Source of the DNA: Octopus vulgaris
Taxonomy: Eukaryota
DNA: 64,000 nucleotides
Assembly (NCBI GenBank): GCA_951406725.2
Contig: OX597821.1
Location: forward strand, 48,298,001 to 48,362,000
Reading direction: 5' to 3'
Shown here: positions 1 through 12,480 of the stretch, in pieces
Numbering within the stretch: position 1 is the stretch's first letter
How the letters are laid out: every line of letters starts with the position of its first letter
Made by a program: the position numbers and the translations under genes
The notes under the pieces: generated by a model
The model's input: the letters and a program-made list of their open reading frames with translations, nothing else
What the model was told of the DNA's origin: nothing
Database searches by the model: none

Positions 1-103
1 AAAGGGTATAGTGAAAGACATCTGCCCAAGGTGCCATGCAGTGGGACTGAACATGAGACCACATGGTTAGGAAGCAAGCTTCTTAACTCACTGCAATGCT
101 TGC
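1..103 (-). mobile_element. tRNA-derived SINE family A, 5' head (partial, runs off the window edge)
   Basis: Reverse complement of the GGC(G/A)CAGGNGTGGCTGTGTGGTAAGAAGCTTGCTT...CACCTTGGGCA head seen at 26845 and 53615. Confidence 0.75.
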
Positions 104-945
104 ATGTAATGAAAGAAACAATTTTGGAGAATGTTAAAGAGGCATGAAATTTATATTTAAAACTAAACTGAAAACTGAAAGCTAAATATTAAAGCTGTTC
201 CTCTAATAGATTATAGTTATAATAATTGGTAATTGTGGAAATGATCAAGATAAGGAAAGAAGGGAAAAAAACAATACGATTTAGAACACATAATCTAAAA
301 ACTTATGTTGGAGCATTTTATTTACCATAAATACAAGGACTCTTTTATAATTAAAAAATATATATATTATGAGACAACAAAAATATCTAGAAAGAAAATA
401 ATGGGAAATTAGAACAAATAACTAGAAAACATGAATAAAATACAAAATTTTTATTGCCTTTGAAGAGACAAAGAGATAAAGCATAACAGACATTAAGGTG
501 AAAGGCAGTTTGAAGGAAAATGGAGAAAGTATAGCATGAAATATTGATTTCTAAATCAATTATTGATTTCTGTAGCATTTTTCTCCAGGCATAAATAATA
601 TATAATATTAATAATATACTGAAAAATAAAAATAAAAAATGGGACAAAAAATGAAGACATTGACAATAAAATCCCTTACACTGGCAAAATCCCAAAAGAC
701 TGTGGAGCAAAAATGGATTAAGTATATTCTAAATGAAATCCTAAACAGAGAGTAAAGGATTATGATTGCAGCATAAGAACTTAGCCTTATCACCAGAAAC
801 TACCAAAACATAAAATGTAGCAAATTCCAAAGTATAAATGAGGAATATGTGAAGGTATTGAAGAAACTTTCAGTCATACTGGTCATGTCTGTTGAGTCTC
901 ATTGGAAACAGAATGTGTGTGTGTCTTTGTATGTATAAATATATA

Positions 946-1817
946 CAGGGTGCATGAATATATTGTCATCTAAATTACACAAAAAGGAAAATAACACTAA
1001 CATCTCGTTTCAACAGATATATTTGCCAAAATTACAAAAAAAAAAAACATCTTGAAATACTAAAGAGTAAATTTATTCAATAAAATTGCCATTGCCATTG
1101 CCTCCATGGCCTCCAGACAACTTCGAAATCTCCTGCAACTCTTCTGGACAGTCTCCTTGTTTAAGTCGGTGAATGTTGCCATAATCCTTGCCCTCAGTTC
1201 AACTTGGATGTTACAAGGAGTTTTATTGGTATCTCACTCAACTACACCCCACACATAACAATCAAGAAGGTTGCAGTCTGGGGAGTTAGGTGGACAGATG
1301 TTAAGAGTGATGTGGTCACAGAAATTGTCTCACAGCCATGACTGAGTTCTCCTGCTTGTCTGTATGGTGCAGTCCTGTTACCAGACATAGGGTCTTCCAG
1401 CAGCCACCCTTTTGACTCAGGGCAGCACTACCTCCTCCGTGTTAGGCCTCCGTGTTGAGTCTAAGGTCGTGTGAGAAGATGAATGGGAGCATAACATCAC
1501 CATCACTAGGGATCACTCCAAACACCAAGATGTTGACTGGATGTTTGATTTTTATCACTCTTGGTACATGTTTTGGGGACAGGGCAAGCCATCTGTTGTT
1601 CTGTATGTTCACCATCTGTTTGTATTGGAGCTTTGGGCATGAATGCCAAGCAGTACAGCATGTCGTTTCCAAATTTCTGGCAGAGTTAATAGCGTATTGG
1701 TGCTGTTTTTCTTACAGATAGTGCCCAACTGCCCCTACTATACTGTGCAGTCAACAAACAATGCACATGCGTGAAATTAAAAATATAAAATGGTAACAAT
1801 TTACCCATTGCACCCTG
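946..1817 (-). mobile_element. Internally deleted Tc1/mariner DNA transposon, maT/DD37D (Bmmar1)-like
   Basis: TA-CAGGGTGCA ... TGCACCCTG-TA termini. The minus strand encodes QNNRWLA...KHPVNILVFGVIPSDGDVMLPFIF and a PPNSPDCNLLDCYVW motif. Confidence 0.85.
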
Positions 1818-3019
1818 TATGTATGTATGTATGTATATATATATCTTGCCACCATCTCCCACCTCTCTCTTTCTTTTCTCTTGCTCTTACCTCTGCTGGG
1901 GTAACCATGTTTCTCCTTTACAGTAGTACATCTGTTTCTGTCTTCTTTCTTGTTAACTCTTTCTCCCTCTCTCTTCCTCTCTATTTGGCCAGATAACCAT
2001 CTACCTCCTCTACAGGAAGACACCTCTTTCTGCCTCTCTATCTCAGTCACTATCCATCATCACCTCCTCCAATATCCCCTCCTCTCACAAAGATTCCTTT
2101 TCCAGCAAAGTTACTTGGTGACTCTGCCAGTGCTGGTGCCACTTAAAAAGCATGCGGTCCACACTGTAGCGTGGTTGGCATTCAGCAATAAAACCCATGT
2201 CAAAACTGACCTCACCTGCACTGGTACCACATAAAAAACACTCAGCCCACTCTGCAGGGTCACTGCAGCCACCAGAAAATATACAAAGCATAGGGACCTC
2301 ACTTGGCCATGCCTGGCTGAGATTTGAAATTAAATCTAAGAATTCTCACTCTCCAAATTCATCTGCTATTTTCTGACCAAGCGAGGAAAATTTCTTTGTC
2401 CTCTCAAAAGGAACATTGATTGATGTATTTCCACTTGACCCACGACCTTGCTGTGTCAGGAAAAGTTCAAATGGACAACAAGCCACCTAAATGGGCATAG
2501 GCTACGCTTTTAAAGGTATATCCATCTTTCTAACTGGAATGGGCCATTATAAATACCAGCGCTCTGCAAGCAGAGAGTGAGAGAAACCAACAGAGAGCAG
2601 GCCGACACATTTCCCCTCTGCACTACTTTAAAGGCATTTCACACTGAATGCAATCCTGCAACAAAACCATCTCAACAGAATGTCATAGAGACAGATATAG
2701 AATTTACCAACAATACAGTTGTCCCATCCATCACTCTCTTACTTTCTCACTCACTTTCGACAACATCACTTGATCTATTTAGTTATGGCTGCTAGAACAA
2801 CAGGGAATAAGTAAGTCCAATGCTATTTACCCTTTTACAAGAAAATATAACTCTTGTTACCTAGTATGCTTTCCCGCTGTTTTTATACATGCCTGACCAT
2901 CATGGTTTGGCTTTAATTATATGTAATGGAGAAATAAATATGTTAACTACAACTTTGGCCACTGTCTTTCTTTCCTTGAGTCATCTTCATCTACCACCCA
3001 GTTACATATATATGGATTC

Positions 3020-3050
<31 letters not shown>

Positions 3051-3109
3051 CATGCATATAATTTAAACAAACTCTTCAAGGTAAGCATTAACATCAATAT
3101 ATATATATA

Positions 3110-3204
3110 TATTTTTCGTTGTTTAAAAAAAGTCCATTTCCTTGTTTGATTTTTATGTTCTTGTCTCTCGTTGTGTTCTACGTTTATTTGTGGTGTCTTG
3201 TACT

Positions 3205-3258
<54 letters not shown>

Positions 3259-3378
3259 CATGTATATATACATGTAGATGTAAGTATGTACATATATGTA
3301 TGTTTGTATGCATATATTTTATTTATTTATTATATTACTATATGACCGAATGCACGCGTTATTTCTCTTCTCCAAGTT

Positions 3379-3390
<12 letters not shown>
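3110..3390 (+). mobile_element. Non-coding repeat (PLE-terminus-like) embedded in (TA)n
   Basis: Near-identical reverse-complement copy at about 16825-17075, including the internal microsatellite block. Confidence 0.65.
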
Positions 3391-3446
<56 letters not shown>

Positions 3447-3500
3447 GTGTGTGTGTGTGTGTGTGTGTATTTTTACTTATTATATTATATTTAACTTTTT

Positions 3501-3886
3501 TATACTTTTTGGTTAATTATATATAAAAAAAAAATTAAAAGTTTTAAAATTTAAAAATTTTAAAATTTTAAAATATTATATATATTATATATTATATTAA
3601 TTATATTTATTGTTTTTTATGCTTTGGTTTATGTCTAGCACTGTTTGAGTTACCTAATAGTGGTTTTATCTCTAATTTAATTTATATATATATATGTAAT
3701 ACATATATATATATAAATTAAATTAGAGATAAAACCACTATTAGGTAACTCAAACAGTGCTAGACATAAACCAAAGCATAAAAAACAATAAATATAATTA
3801 ATATAATATATAATATATAAATATTTTTAAATTTTTAAATTTTTAAACTTTAAATTTTTTTTTTATATAACTAGCCAAAAAGTATA
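3501..3886. repeat. About 385-bp palindrome (fold-back) centred on (TA)n-TGTA-A-TACA-(TA)n
   Basis: The inner ~110-bp arms are exact reverse complements (...GTCTAGCACTGTTTGAGTTACCTAATAGTGG... / ...CCACTATTAGGTAACTCAAACAGTGCTAGAC...). The outer arms are imperfect. Confidence 0.95.
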
Positions 3887-4060
3887 TATATATACAAGTA
3901 TATATGTATGTGTATATACACACACACACATTTCAGAATTAGAGATTTATATAGATTAAGAACCGTTAACACCATTATAGAATATCATAATGAAATTCCA
4001 TTAATATCAATATGTAAATAGTTATATGTCTTGACAAATACATGTATTGAAAAAAATATA

Positions 4061-5285
4061 CAGGATGTTCAAAAAGTCTCTCTGCAGTAAGTATTTTATT
4101 GCAGAATAAATATTTATAAGATGGTATAAGACGACAAAAGAATATATTAGACTTTACAAGACTTCAAAAAACTTTATAAGTGTTGAAAGTGTCGTCTTTC
4201 ATTTTCAATACATAAGTTAACTCTTGTACACATATTTTAAATACATCTTGGAAAGTCTGATGTGGTATGGACTGTATGAAGGTTATGATTGCTTCTCTTA
4301 GCTCATTCATGGTTTTTGAGTGATTCTTGTACACTGATCCTTTACTTGCTCCCCAGAAAAAAAATCCAGGTGGTGTTAAATCAGGTGATCAAAATAATCT
4401 GCTCACCGAAAATCTCTTGAAGAAGCGTCATGGTGATGCACGAAGTATGTGCTGTAATTCCATCTTGCTGAAAGTATGCATTATTAATTTCGCTTTCAGT
4501 GAGTTGGCCTACAAATGAATAGATAATATTTGAGCAATATCTCTCGGGGTTGATGGTGTCTTCAAAAAATATCAGTCCCACAAGACACTTTCTCGAAATT
4601 GCTTTCCATTCTCCAACTTTTTCAGTTATGTGTCATGTGTGGATTCTCAGTGTTCCATATCCTTGTGTTTTGTGAATTTGTGTGTCCCAACAGATGAACC
4701 AAGCCTCATCGGTGTAAAAACACCCATCCAGCACTCCTATGCTTTTTTCGGCAACAAAGTTTTGGAACCAATGACAATAATGAAGCTTTTTAGCATGATC
4801 AGTAGTGTGGCCAGCACTTTGTATGGAAAGAAATTTAATTTCTTTTTTACAGCCATGTGAGCACTTCCTAAGCTGATTTCCATTTCCTGTGACAATTTGC
4901 ATAAAGACTTTGACGGGCTTGCCAACAATTTATTGGAAATATGGGAGAGTGTTTCACCTAAAAGAACAGTAGGCCTACTACTTCTTACTGTGGCTTCCAC
5001 TGAGCCTGTGTTTCTAAAGTTTCTTATCAAATCCTGCACAGTGCCACAATGTGAAACAACAGTATTTGTAAAAGTTTCACTGAACTTCTATTTCACAGTA
5101 TCTGTGTATTTGTTTCCAGCTTGAAACACCCATTCAACTAAAAACGTAAGTTCTTCAATGGTTAGCATGCCGACACACTGAAGGGTACACAATGGCTGAA
5201 ACCCAGCCATTCATGTAGTGATAGTCAAGTTTTGCATGCGCAGGATGAAAAAAATTTACTGCGGAGAGACCTTTTGAACACCCTG
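4061..5285 (-). mobile_element. Near full-length decayed Tc1/mariner transposon (Tc3-like, N-terminal DUF4817-type HTH)
   Basis: TIRs CAGGATGTTCAAAAAGTCTCTCTGCAGTAA / TTACTGCGGAGAGACCTTTTGAACACCCTG. Frameshifted ORF pieces contain FYTDEAWF, YFQQDGITAHT and SPDLTPPGFFFWG. Confidence 0.88.
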
Positions 5286-5580
5286 TCATCCATAAATAAT
5301 GCATTTTTTTATACTTTTATTTTTCAAAATTAAGATAAACAAAGTTCTTTTTTAATCTAAAATATACTCCCCTTCATTTTCTATAATGCCCTTCCATGTA
5401 TCTGGTAGACTTGCAAGGCCTCTCTTCCAAAATTCACTTACCCATGACGAAAACTACTCCTCCACTACTGTTCTAACCTTATCTACAGAATTCATATATT
5501 TTTCTATAGAAATGATTTTGAAGACTGCAGAATGAATGATAATCAGATGGGGCAATGTTCAGCAAATATGGCGGATGGAG
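5285..5580 (-). mobile_element. Mariner 3' fragment
   Basis: TIR-like GTCATCCCATAAATAATGCATTTTTT matches the TIR at 16600-16630 in reverse. The minus strand reads WKRGLASLPDTWKGIIENEGEYILD, a mariner C-terminus. Confidence 0.7.
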
Positions 5581-6084
5581 TCCATACAAAATCTCTCAAC
5601 TGGGGTCCATACAAAATTTCTGAGTCCACAGATGAAATGCAGCAAATTGGAGGTTCATGATAATTTTTCAGGGGTCATGAAAAATTGTGCTTTAGACCAG
5701 TAGTTTCCTATGTGGATCCTGTAAATGAGTGTAAGAAACTTGTTTAAAAAACACCCTGAAATATGTTGCTAGACATATTTTACTAATTTATTAACTTAAT
5801 TATTTACTATTTTACTTAACGTATTTATTTACTAATTTACTTTTCAAAACAAGAATAACAAAAAAAATAAAATAAAACAAAACAAAGCTGGTCATAAAAT
5901 TCCCTTGGAAATTCCCTAGAAAGTTGAAAGAAATAATACTGAGAAGAAGCAAAGTCAACAGCAATAGCAGCAACAAAATTATAAGAATACATACACACAT
6001 ACACACATACACACACACTTGGCTTTGGTTTCAAAGAACTGGTTAGGCATAGCTGATCAGTGGTACCCAAAGTAATCACAGTGT

Positions 6085-6087
6085 ATG

Positions 6088-6119
<32 letters not shown>

Positions 6120-6190
6120 GATGGATGGATGGATGGATGGATGGATGGATGGATGGATGGATGGATGGATGGATGGATGGATGGATATGG
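6085..6190. repeat. (TATG)n-(GATG)n microsatellite
   Basis: Direct observation. Confidence 0.95.
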
Positions 6191-6274
6191 GGAAATCAAA
6201 AATAAAACAACAAAAGTTAAAAGGCTGGTACACAGTGAATGTTTTATGCTGACACTTAGTTTAAGATGGAAAAT

Positions 6275-6309
<35 letters not shown>

Positions 6310-6313
<4 letters not shown>

Positions 6314-6822
6314 AATATAACAATAAGGGTTTAGCAACAAGTTACTTGACCACATGCGGAAAATTTTAGAAACAGCAGCCAAAAGACTACTATTTCCTTT
6401 TTCTACAAAAATATGTCTCCACAGACAACAATATTTGTAACTCACACATGGCAAAAAAGAGGAAAAATAATGAAATCAAACAGTCTTCGATTAATTATGG
6501 AAACGTCTCTGGATTAGAATCATAAGACTCATTTCCTTTGTCAACATAATATTTCGATAATTATAAATCTGAAGATACTAGGAGAACTTACCCCTTATAT
6601 TTCTGACCAAGCGTCATCAGAACATATAAAAACCTAATCAGCATATTAATCGAAGACTGTTTGATTTCATTATTTTTCTTCTTTTTTGCCATGTGTGAGT
6701 TACAAATATTGTTGTCTGTGGAGACTTATTTTTGTAGAAAAAGGAAATAGTAGTCTTTTGGCTGCTATTTCTAAAATTCTTGGTATATGGTCAAGCAACT
6801 TGTTGCTAAACCCTTATTGTTA

Positions 6823-6830
<8 letters not shown>
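6310..6830. mobile_element. Fold-back element with ~185-bp inverted arms in (TA)n and a hammerhead-like spacer
   Basis: Arms 6310-6495 and 6645-6830 are reverse complements at roughly 90% identity by eye. The ~150-bp spacer carries CUGAUGA...GAAA on the minus strand. Confidence 0.85.
6539..6624 (-). ncRNA. Putative type I hammerhead ribozyme with long stem II
   Basis: Minus strand: UGUU-CUGAUGA-[~58 nt with a hairpin]-GAAA-UAUUAUG-U-U-GACA. Stem I is UGUU/GACA and stem III is near-palindromic. Confidence 0.5.
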
Positions 6831-6901
<71 letters not shown>

Positions 6902-7049
6902 ATATATTATATATGCATATATATATATGTCTTACCATTACTATATATATATAAATAGTAATGGTAAGACAACAAAAGAATAAAAGAGACCTCGATATTG
7001 TGTAGATAGAGGAAATTATCTGTAAATATAATACGTGACAATTATTCAA

Positions 7050-7124
7050 TTGCCACAGTAAAACTCTGAGTTTTGGATGTCAGGGTGGAAACCTGCACCA
7101 GCATCTCTTCAGTTATCAAGGCAA
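7050..7124 (-). ncRNA. Degenerate type I hammerhead ribozyme (CGAAA mutated to CAAAA)
   Basis: Minus strand: UUGCC..AUAA-CUGAAGA-GAUG..CAUC-CAAAA-CUCAGAG-U-U-UUAC..GGCAA. Confidence 0.6.
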
Positions 7125-7516
7125 TTAGAATATAGTAAAGAAAATGACCGTTAAATAAGGGAAAAAACCAAAAGGGAGAAAGTAAAAAGTAAAGGAGTAA
7201 AAATGCTCATAGCAATCGCATATACGCACATGTACATACATACACATGTGCATGCACACCCATGTACATGTTCCTATATGCATATGTTGACTCAGACTCG
7301 CATGAAACACATACATGCACACCCACACATACATCAAATAGATGCACATGTATATGCAACCATGCATATACATGTATACAAATCCGCACACATGCAAGCA
7401 CACACACATACACATACTCATACATGCAGTTATATTCAAATACACACGTGCGCGTGCACACACACACACACATGTGCACGTAACCATACGCACACAGTTA
7501 TGTGACAATTATTCGG

Positions 7517-7591
7517 TTGCCATAGTAAAACTCCGAGTTTTGGATCTTGGGGCTGAAACCTACACCGGCATCTCTTCAGTTATTAAGGCAA
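7517..7591 (-). ncRNA. Degenerate type I hammerhead ribozyme, second copy
   Basis: Same fold as 7050-7124, with stem III ACUC-G-GAGU and the same CAAAA change. Confidence 0.55.
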
Positions 7592-7615
7592 TTAAAATAT
7601 GCTATATGTATGTAT

Positions 7616-8104
7616 GTTAGTTAGTTAGTTAGTTAGTTAATTTGGCTCAAAAGCAAATAGCAAGGCCATGTAGGGGGACATGGAGTGGTGTTCATGTAAA
7701 GGGTGGTGTTCATGTAAAGAGTTTAGGCCACTTGAGGTCAAGGGAGGCTTTGAACAAAGTGGTCGTCGGCATCTTCACCATCTCGTCTGGCAGCTTGTTC
7801 CACGGATCCGCAACCCGGACGGAGAAAGCTCCTCTCCTTCGATTGAGATGAAATCGTCGCAGGTAGAGCTTTTCGGAATGACCCCGCAGCTGACGCTCTG
7901 GAGCAGGAGTGAAGAACAGCTCTTTCGAGAGGTTACACTTTCCGCTTATGATGTTGTGGCCGAGAATGAGATCACCACAGCGGCTGCGTTTTTCTAGAGA
8001 ATAAAGGTCGAGCGTCCTCAGCCTTTCTTCATAGGACAAATTTTTGAGACCATGAACCATGCGGGTAGCCAGCTTCTGGACTCTTTCGAGATGCTGTATG
8101 TCTT
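7616..8104 (-). mobile_element. 5'-truncated CR1-like LINE 3' end with (TAAC)n tail
   Basis: ORF 7710-8144: DIQHLERVQKLATRMVHGLKNLSYEERL...LRGHSEKL...FSVRVADPWNKLP. Homologous copies at 51283 and 58020. A small internal duplication of GTGGTGTTCATGTAAAG is present. Confidence 0.9.
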
Positions 8105-8708
8105 GTATGTATGTATGTATGTATGTATCCATCCATTCATACATACATACATATTGAAATATACTTCACTATTTCAAAGCAATATTACAATGAAACCAAG
8201 ATTCTATATGTCTTTATAATGGCTACAATAAGCACTGCTGTGCCATTGTCTTAGTCTCAACACAAGACATCAGGCAAATTCCATTGATACAATTATGTAA
8301 TTGAAACAATGAATAATGTATAGTGTGGTAACATAATCTGTAAAACTACAGGAAAACTGACATATTTTTCTGATTAAATTTTGACATGGAAATTTCAGTA
8401 TAGATAGCATAACTTTAAATTACCAATTTGAAGTTTCAAATATTTTACCATTTAGATGCATACACATATATTCACACAAATATATCTATCTATCTGGCTG
8501 TCCGTCTGTCTGTCTGTCTGTCTGTCTGTATGTATGTATGTATGTATGTATGTATGTATGTATGTATGTATATATGTATGTATGTATGTACGTTTGTATG
8601 TATGTATGCATATAGAAACATACATACATGTATATAATGTATATGTATATTTACACATATATATATGTGTGTGTGTATGTGTGTATGTGTGGGTGGGTGG
8701 GTATATAT

Positions 8709-8756
<48 letters not shown>

Positions 8757-9049
8757 ATGTGTGTGTGTATACACACACAGACACATTCTTTATCATGTTT
8801 TCTTATTTCATTTTGATAATTTTGTTGAGAGTGTATTTAAAAAGCTAAAATGTAGACATTTCAATGTGCAATTAATTTTCATATAACAAATTCAATAGCA
8901 AGGAAAATAGGATAAGAAATATAGTCTTAAAAAACAAGTAACAATTCTTATAACAATAATAATGATAATAATAGTAATAATAACATCAGCAACAGCAATA
9001 ATATAAATTTTAATAATAATATTGATAAATGAGAAAATTGAGAAATAGC

Positions 9050-9175
9050 CTGTGAGATAAAGAGATTATAGAAAATAGGGTGACAATTTTTATTGTCATA
9101 ATTGGTGCACTTGGCACAACTCCCAGAGAGTTACCTAAAAGTTTAAAGGATATTGGAATTGAAACATGGACTGTT
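9050..9175 (+). mobile_element. R4/Dong-like LINE restriction-like endonuclease C-terminal remnant
   Basis: Reads IVIIGALGTTPRELPKSLKDIGIET and lies downstream of an (AAT)n tract. Confidence 0.6.
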
Positions 9176-9761
9176 GTCTTCATTACAGGTCACCTTTCAT
9201 TAGCCCTGTTTGATCATATTCCAATCGGGCAACACAAAGATCACTATAAACCATAGGTTCACATCATTTCCAGTGTCTCTTATTGTGATTACTCTTATTG
9301 TGTTTCTTTGACTCATATACTGTGGCACAGTTGTATAGTCAGAGGTGTATCAGACAATTCCACCCTATTATTTTGGCTGCATTTTTAGTTTCAAACATAC
9401 AGCAAACAGTGTCATAGCTTTTACCTTTTACAAATCAGATAGTTTTTCCTAATATGACCTTGGAATGTTTGTTGTGCAATATATCAAAAGGGGGAAATTT
9501 AATCCAATTCCATTTTCTTATAATCTGAGTTATAAGACTATTTTCTTTTTGCCTTGCTTTACCTCCTGTGGTGAAGAGACAGCTGGGTTTCACAAAATTC
9601 TTCCATATAATTTTTTTTATTGTAATTGTGATAGGTTTGAAAAATTCTGTGTTCATTTAGTGTTGAGGGAATGTCTGTTTACACACAGCTGCATGACAGA
9701 CTGCCAAATTTGACTTCATGTAAAAGTTGCTACAGTTATTATTATTATTACTATCACTGTA

Positions 9762-9980
9762 AAGGTGGCAAGCTGGCAGAAATGTTAGTACACCAGGCAA
9801 AATGCTTACCAGTATTTCGTCTGTCTTTATGTTCTGAGTTCAAATTCTGCCGAGGTCAACTTTGCCTTTCATCTTTTCAGGGTCGATAAATTAAGTACCG
9901 CTTGCATACTGGGGTTGATCTAATTGACTGGCCTCCTCCCCACAAATTTCAGGTCTTGTGCCTAAGGTAGAAAAGATTAT
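9762..9980 (+). mobile_element. tRNA-derived SINE family B
   Basis: GGTGGCAAGCTGGCAGAAATGTTAG head, B-box-like GAGTTCAAATT and central GTCAACTTTGCCTTTCATC..GGGTCGATAAATTAAGTAC. Several copies occur in the window. Confidence 0.85.
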
Positions 9981-11364
9981 TACTATCACTGTTCTCCATA
10001 CTATTTATTAGGGACCTTTTTACTTTTATTTTTTGGCTAAAGTGGTTGATTTTTTGTCCCCTTCCCCTGCAAAATAAGGGTAACTGAGCCCTGTGAGGTA
10101 GAATGGTTGCTGTTGCAAGGGTCACTGGCCATTCCCCATGATAATGCCCTTGTGGTCATTAGTGCAGGGTACAGCCAAGCACCCCACTTGTTCTAGAATG
10201 TGTGGCTCATCACCCCCACCACCTCCATCTTCTGCTACTTTACCCCCACCCCACCCTTGTTTTCCTTTCTTATCTTTCTTCTTTCCTGTTTCTTTATATT
10301 TAAATGTTCTTACAAAATAAAAAAGATTTTCCATTTAGTTGAATGTTTTCTTTTCTGCACCTGTTATCTTTTTGTGTCTTCATATAATTTCCATTGGCAC
10401 TGTTGTCCTTCTGAGTAACAGTAAAATTGCAGAGAGAAATTGTTGTTGTTGCCATTGTTGGTATTACTGTTGTCATGTTATTTTTGTTTTGTTGTTTTGT
10501 TTTTTTGTTACTGCACCTTCTATTATTTTAGTGCTAGTTATAGAGACCTATTACTATTTATTATCTTACTACTTTAAATCTTGCTCTTATTGCTCCTTTT
10601 CTGTTGCTTTTGCTCTTGCAGTCATAGTAACTTGTTCTTGTTGATCAGTTGACTGATTCCTTTATTTCACAATGCTCATGTTTTTGCCATGAGGTTTTGG
10701 GATCCCAAACGGTCTAAATATTGGATTTCTTCCCTTTTCATTCACTTCTCAACTCTGTTGGCCCCTGTTTTCTCAAGTAGTTCTCCAGTTCCTCCTTGTT
10801 ACCATTTTCATCTTCTTTATGGCAACTCCCCACAGACCCACCTGTTATCATACACTTTCTCGTGCTTCAGAAAGAGAGTTTGTCTCATTGTCACTCAGGC
10901 ATCTAAAAACAGCAGCCAAATCTACCTCAAATCACAAAGAAGAAACCACAACTTGAATCATAGGTCTGCTTGATGCAGATTGACCAGAAGCTAAACAACA
11001 GCAACAATAACAACAAAGAAAAGAACCAAAGAAGTGGTAAGTAACTTCAAACAAAGATCGAAATAATAGCAAATGAATGGACATCACTAGCATGCTGGTG
11101 TGGTGGGTAGTAAGAGTGCTGTTTAACTCCAGGTCAGTCCTGTTTGAGTAGAAAGAGGATCAAAGACATCCCTGTCATAATAATATAAGGTAATTATCTG
11201 TACAATATCTAATGCAGTGGTTCTGAAACATTGCACCCCAGTGCACTGGAACATCATCACTATAGGTCCCTGAATGTCACTTGGTTTTGATAAAATATAG
11301 TCTAAAGCTTTATTTATTATTTTGTTATACATCAGTATGGTTAATAAAATGGAATGGTAAATTA

Positions 11365-11702
11365 AGCCCTGTCTGGCCCCCATGTTGGTGGCACGTAAAA
11401 GCACCATCCATTCATGTCTGTTGCCAGCCTCACCTGGCCCCCATGCCGGTGACACATAAAAGAACCATCCGTTCATGGCCATTTGCCAGCTCTGTCTGGC
11501 ACCTGTGTGGGTGGCACGTAAAAAGCACCCACTACACTCATGGAGTGGTTGGCGTTAGGAAGGGTATCCAGCCGTAGAAACACTGCCAGATCTGACTGGG
11601 CCTGATGAAGCCTTCCAGCTTCACAGACCCCAGTCGAACCGTCCAACCCATGCTAGCATGGAAAACGGACGCTAATGATGATGATGATGATGATGATGAT
11701 GT
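11365..11702 (+). mobile_element. SINE or non-autonomous retroelement family C with (GAT)n tail
   Basis: Internal GGTGGCACGTAAAAAGCACC subrepeats and a CCAACCCATGCTAGCATGGAAAACGGACG-(GAT)n end. Many copies occur in the window. Confidence 0.85.
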
Positions 11703-11779
11703 TAGAGCATAGGACAGAATGTGCTGCGCCATTTTTTCTGACTCTCTCTTCATTCTGAGTCTGTCCATCCATCCATATT

Positions 11780-12480
11780 CTCCTTTCATTCATCCATCTT
11801 CTCCTTACACTATTCTTGAGGAGGTCATGAGAGTAGAGACCTCAGGTACCTCCTCCATAGGATCCTATCAGAAGCAATCATCCTTAGATTTTCTAACTAG
11901 ATTCCTAAGCATGACCAACTAAGACTATGAATATTATCCAACTATTTGAGTCTTGGTTTACCCCAAGGTATCCTGCTGGTTGACTTGGCTTCAGGAATCC
12001 ATTCTGCAATTCTTTCTGACATTCTAACCACATATCCATAGTGCTAGAACCGGAACCTCTCAATGCACAGAAGAAATGGCTTGGCCTGGAGAAACTCCTT
12101 GATCTCCAAGCTATACACCTGTTGAGCAACATTACTCCAGAGACACTTTAGCGGAACCCATTTTGGCTGCTTGTATTTACACCTGTACGCTTTTGGTCAT
12201 TATCCAATATTCATGACCATAGGTAAGGATAGGCATAAAAACCTAACTGATGATAATGAGTTTGACTTTTTTACCAACCACTCCTCTTCTGAGGATGGAA
12301 TGTTGGAACTGGCATATTACTGTACCAGTACCGGCAATTCTAGCATTCAGCTCAGCCTCGTGATTCCCATTATTCCTGAATACAGCCCTGGACTACATAA
12401 ACTTCACCATTTGTCTCAGAGATGCTCCATAAACATGCAGAGTGGCACTGCGATGAGTTTTTTGAGAGGACCAAATCCCA
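11780..12480 (-). mobile_element. Decayed RTE-clade (Expander/Rex3-like) LINE ORF 3' part
   Basis: The minus strand reads ELNARIAG...FMPILTYGHEYWIMTK...IQAAKMG and a G-K-P-R motif typical of the RTE C-terminus. Confidence 0.7.

Larger units (their letters stand above)
6929..7600 (-). mobile_element. PLE-type terminal-repeat element: partial tandem with 467-bp period and two hammerhead copies
   Basis: 7034-7133 is directly repeated at 7501-7600. A short inverted piece GTCTTACCATTACTAT / ATAGTAATGGTAAGAC surrounds (TA)n at the left end. A third family copy lies at 60755-60846. Confidence 0.7.

Noticed and set aside
3002-8886. Numerous [12 protein letters not shown] ORFs (also at 23687-24335, 39783-40937 and 60778-62185)
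   Set aside because: They are stop-free read-through of (TA)n, (CA)n and (TATG)n repeats.
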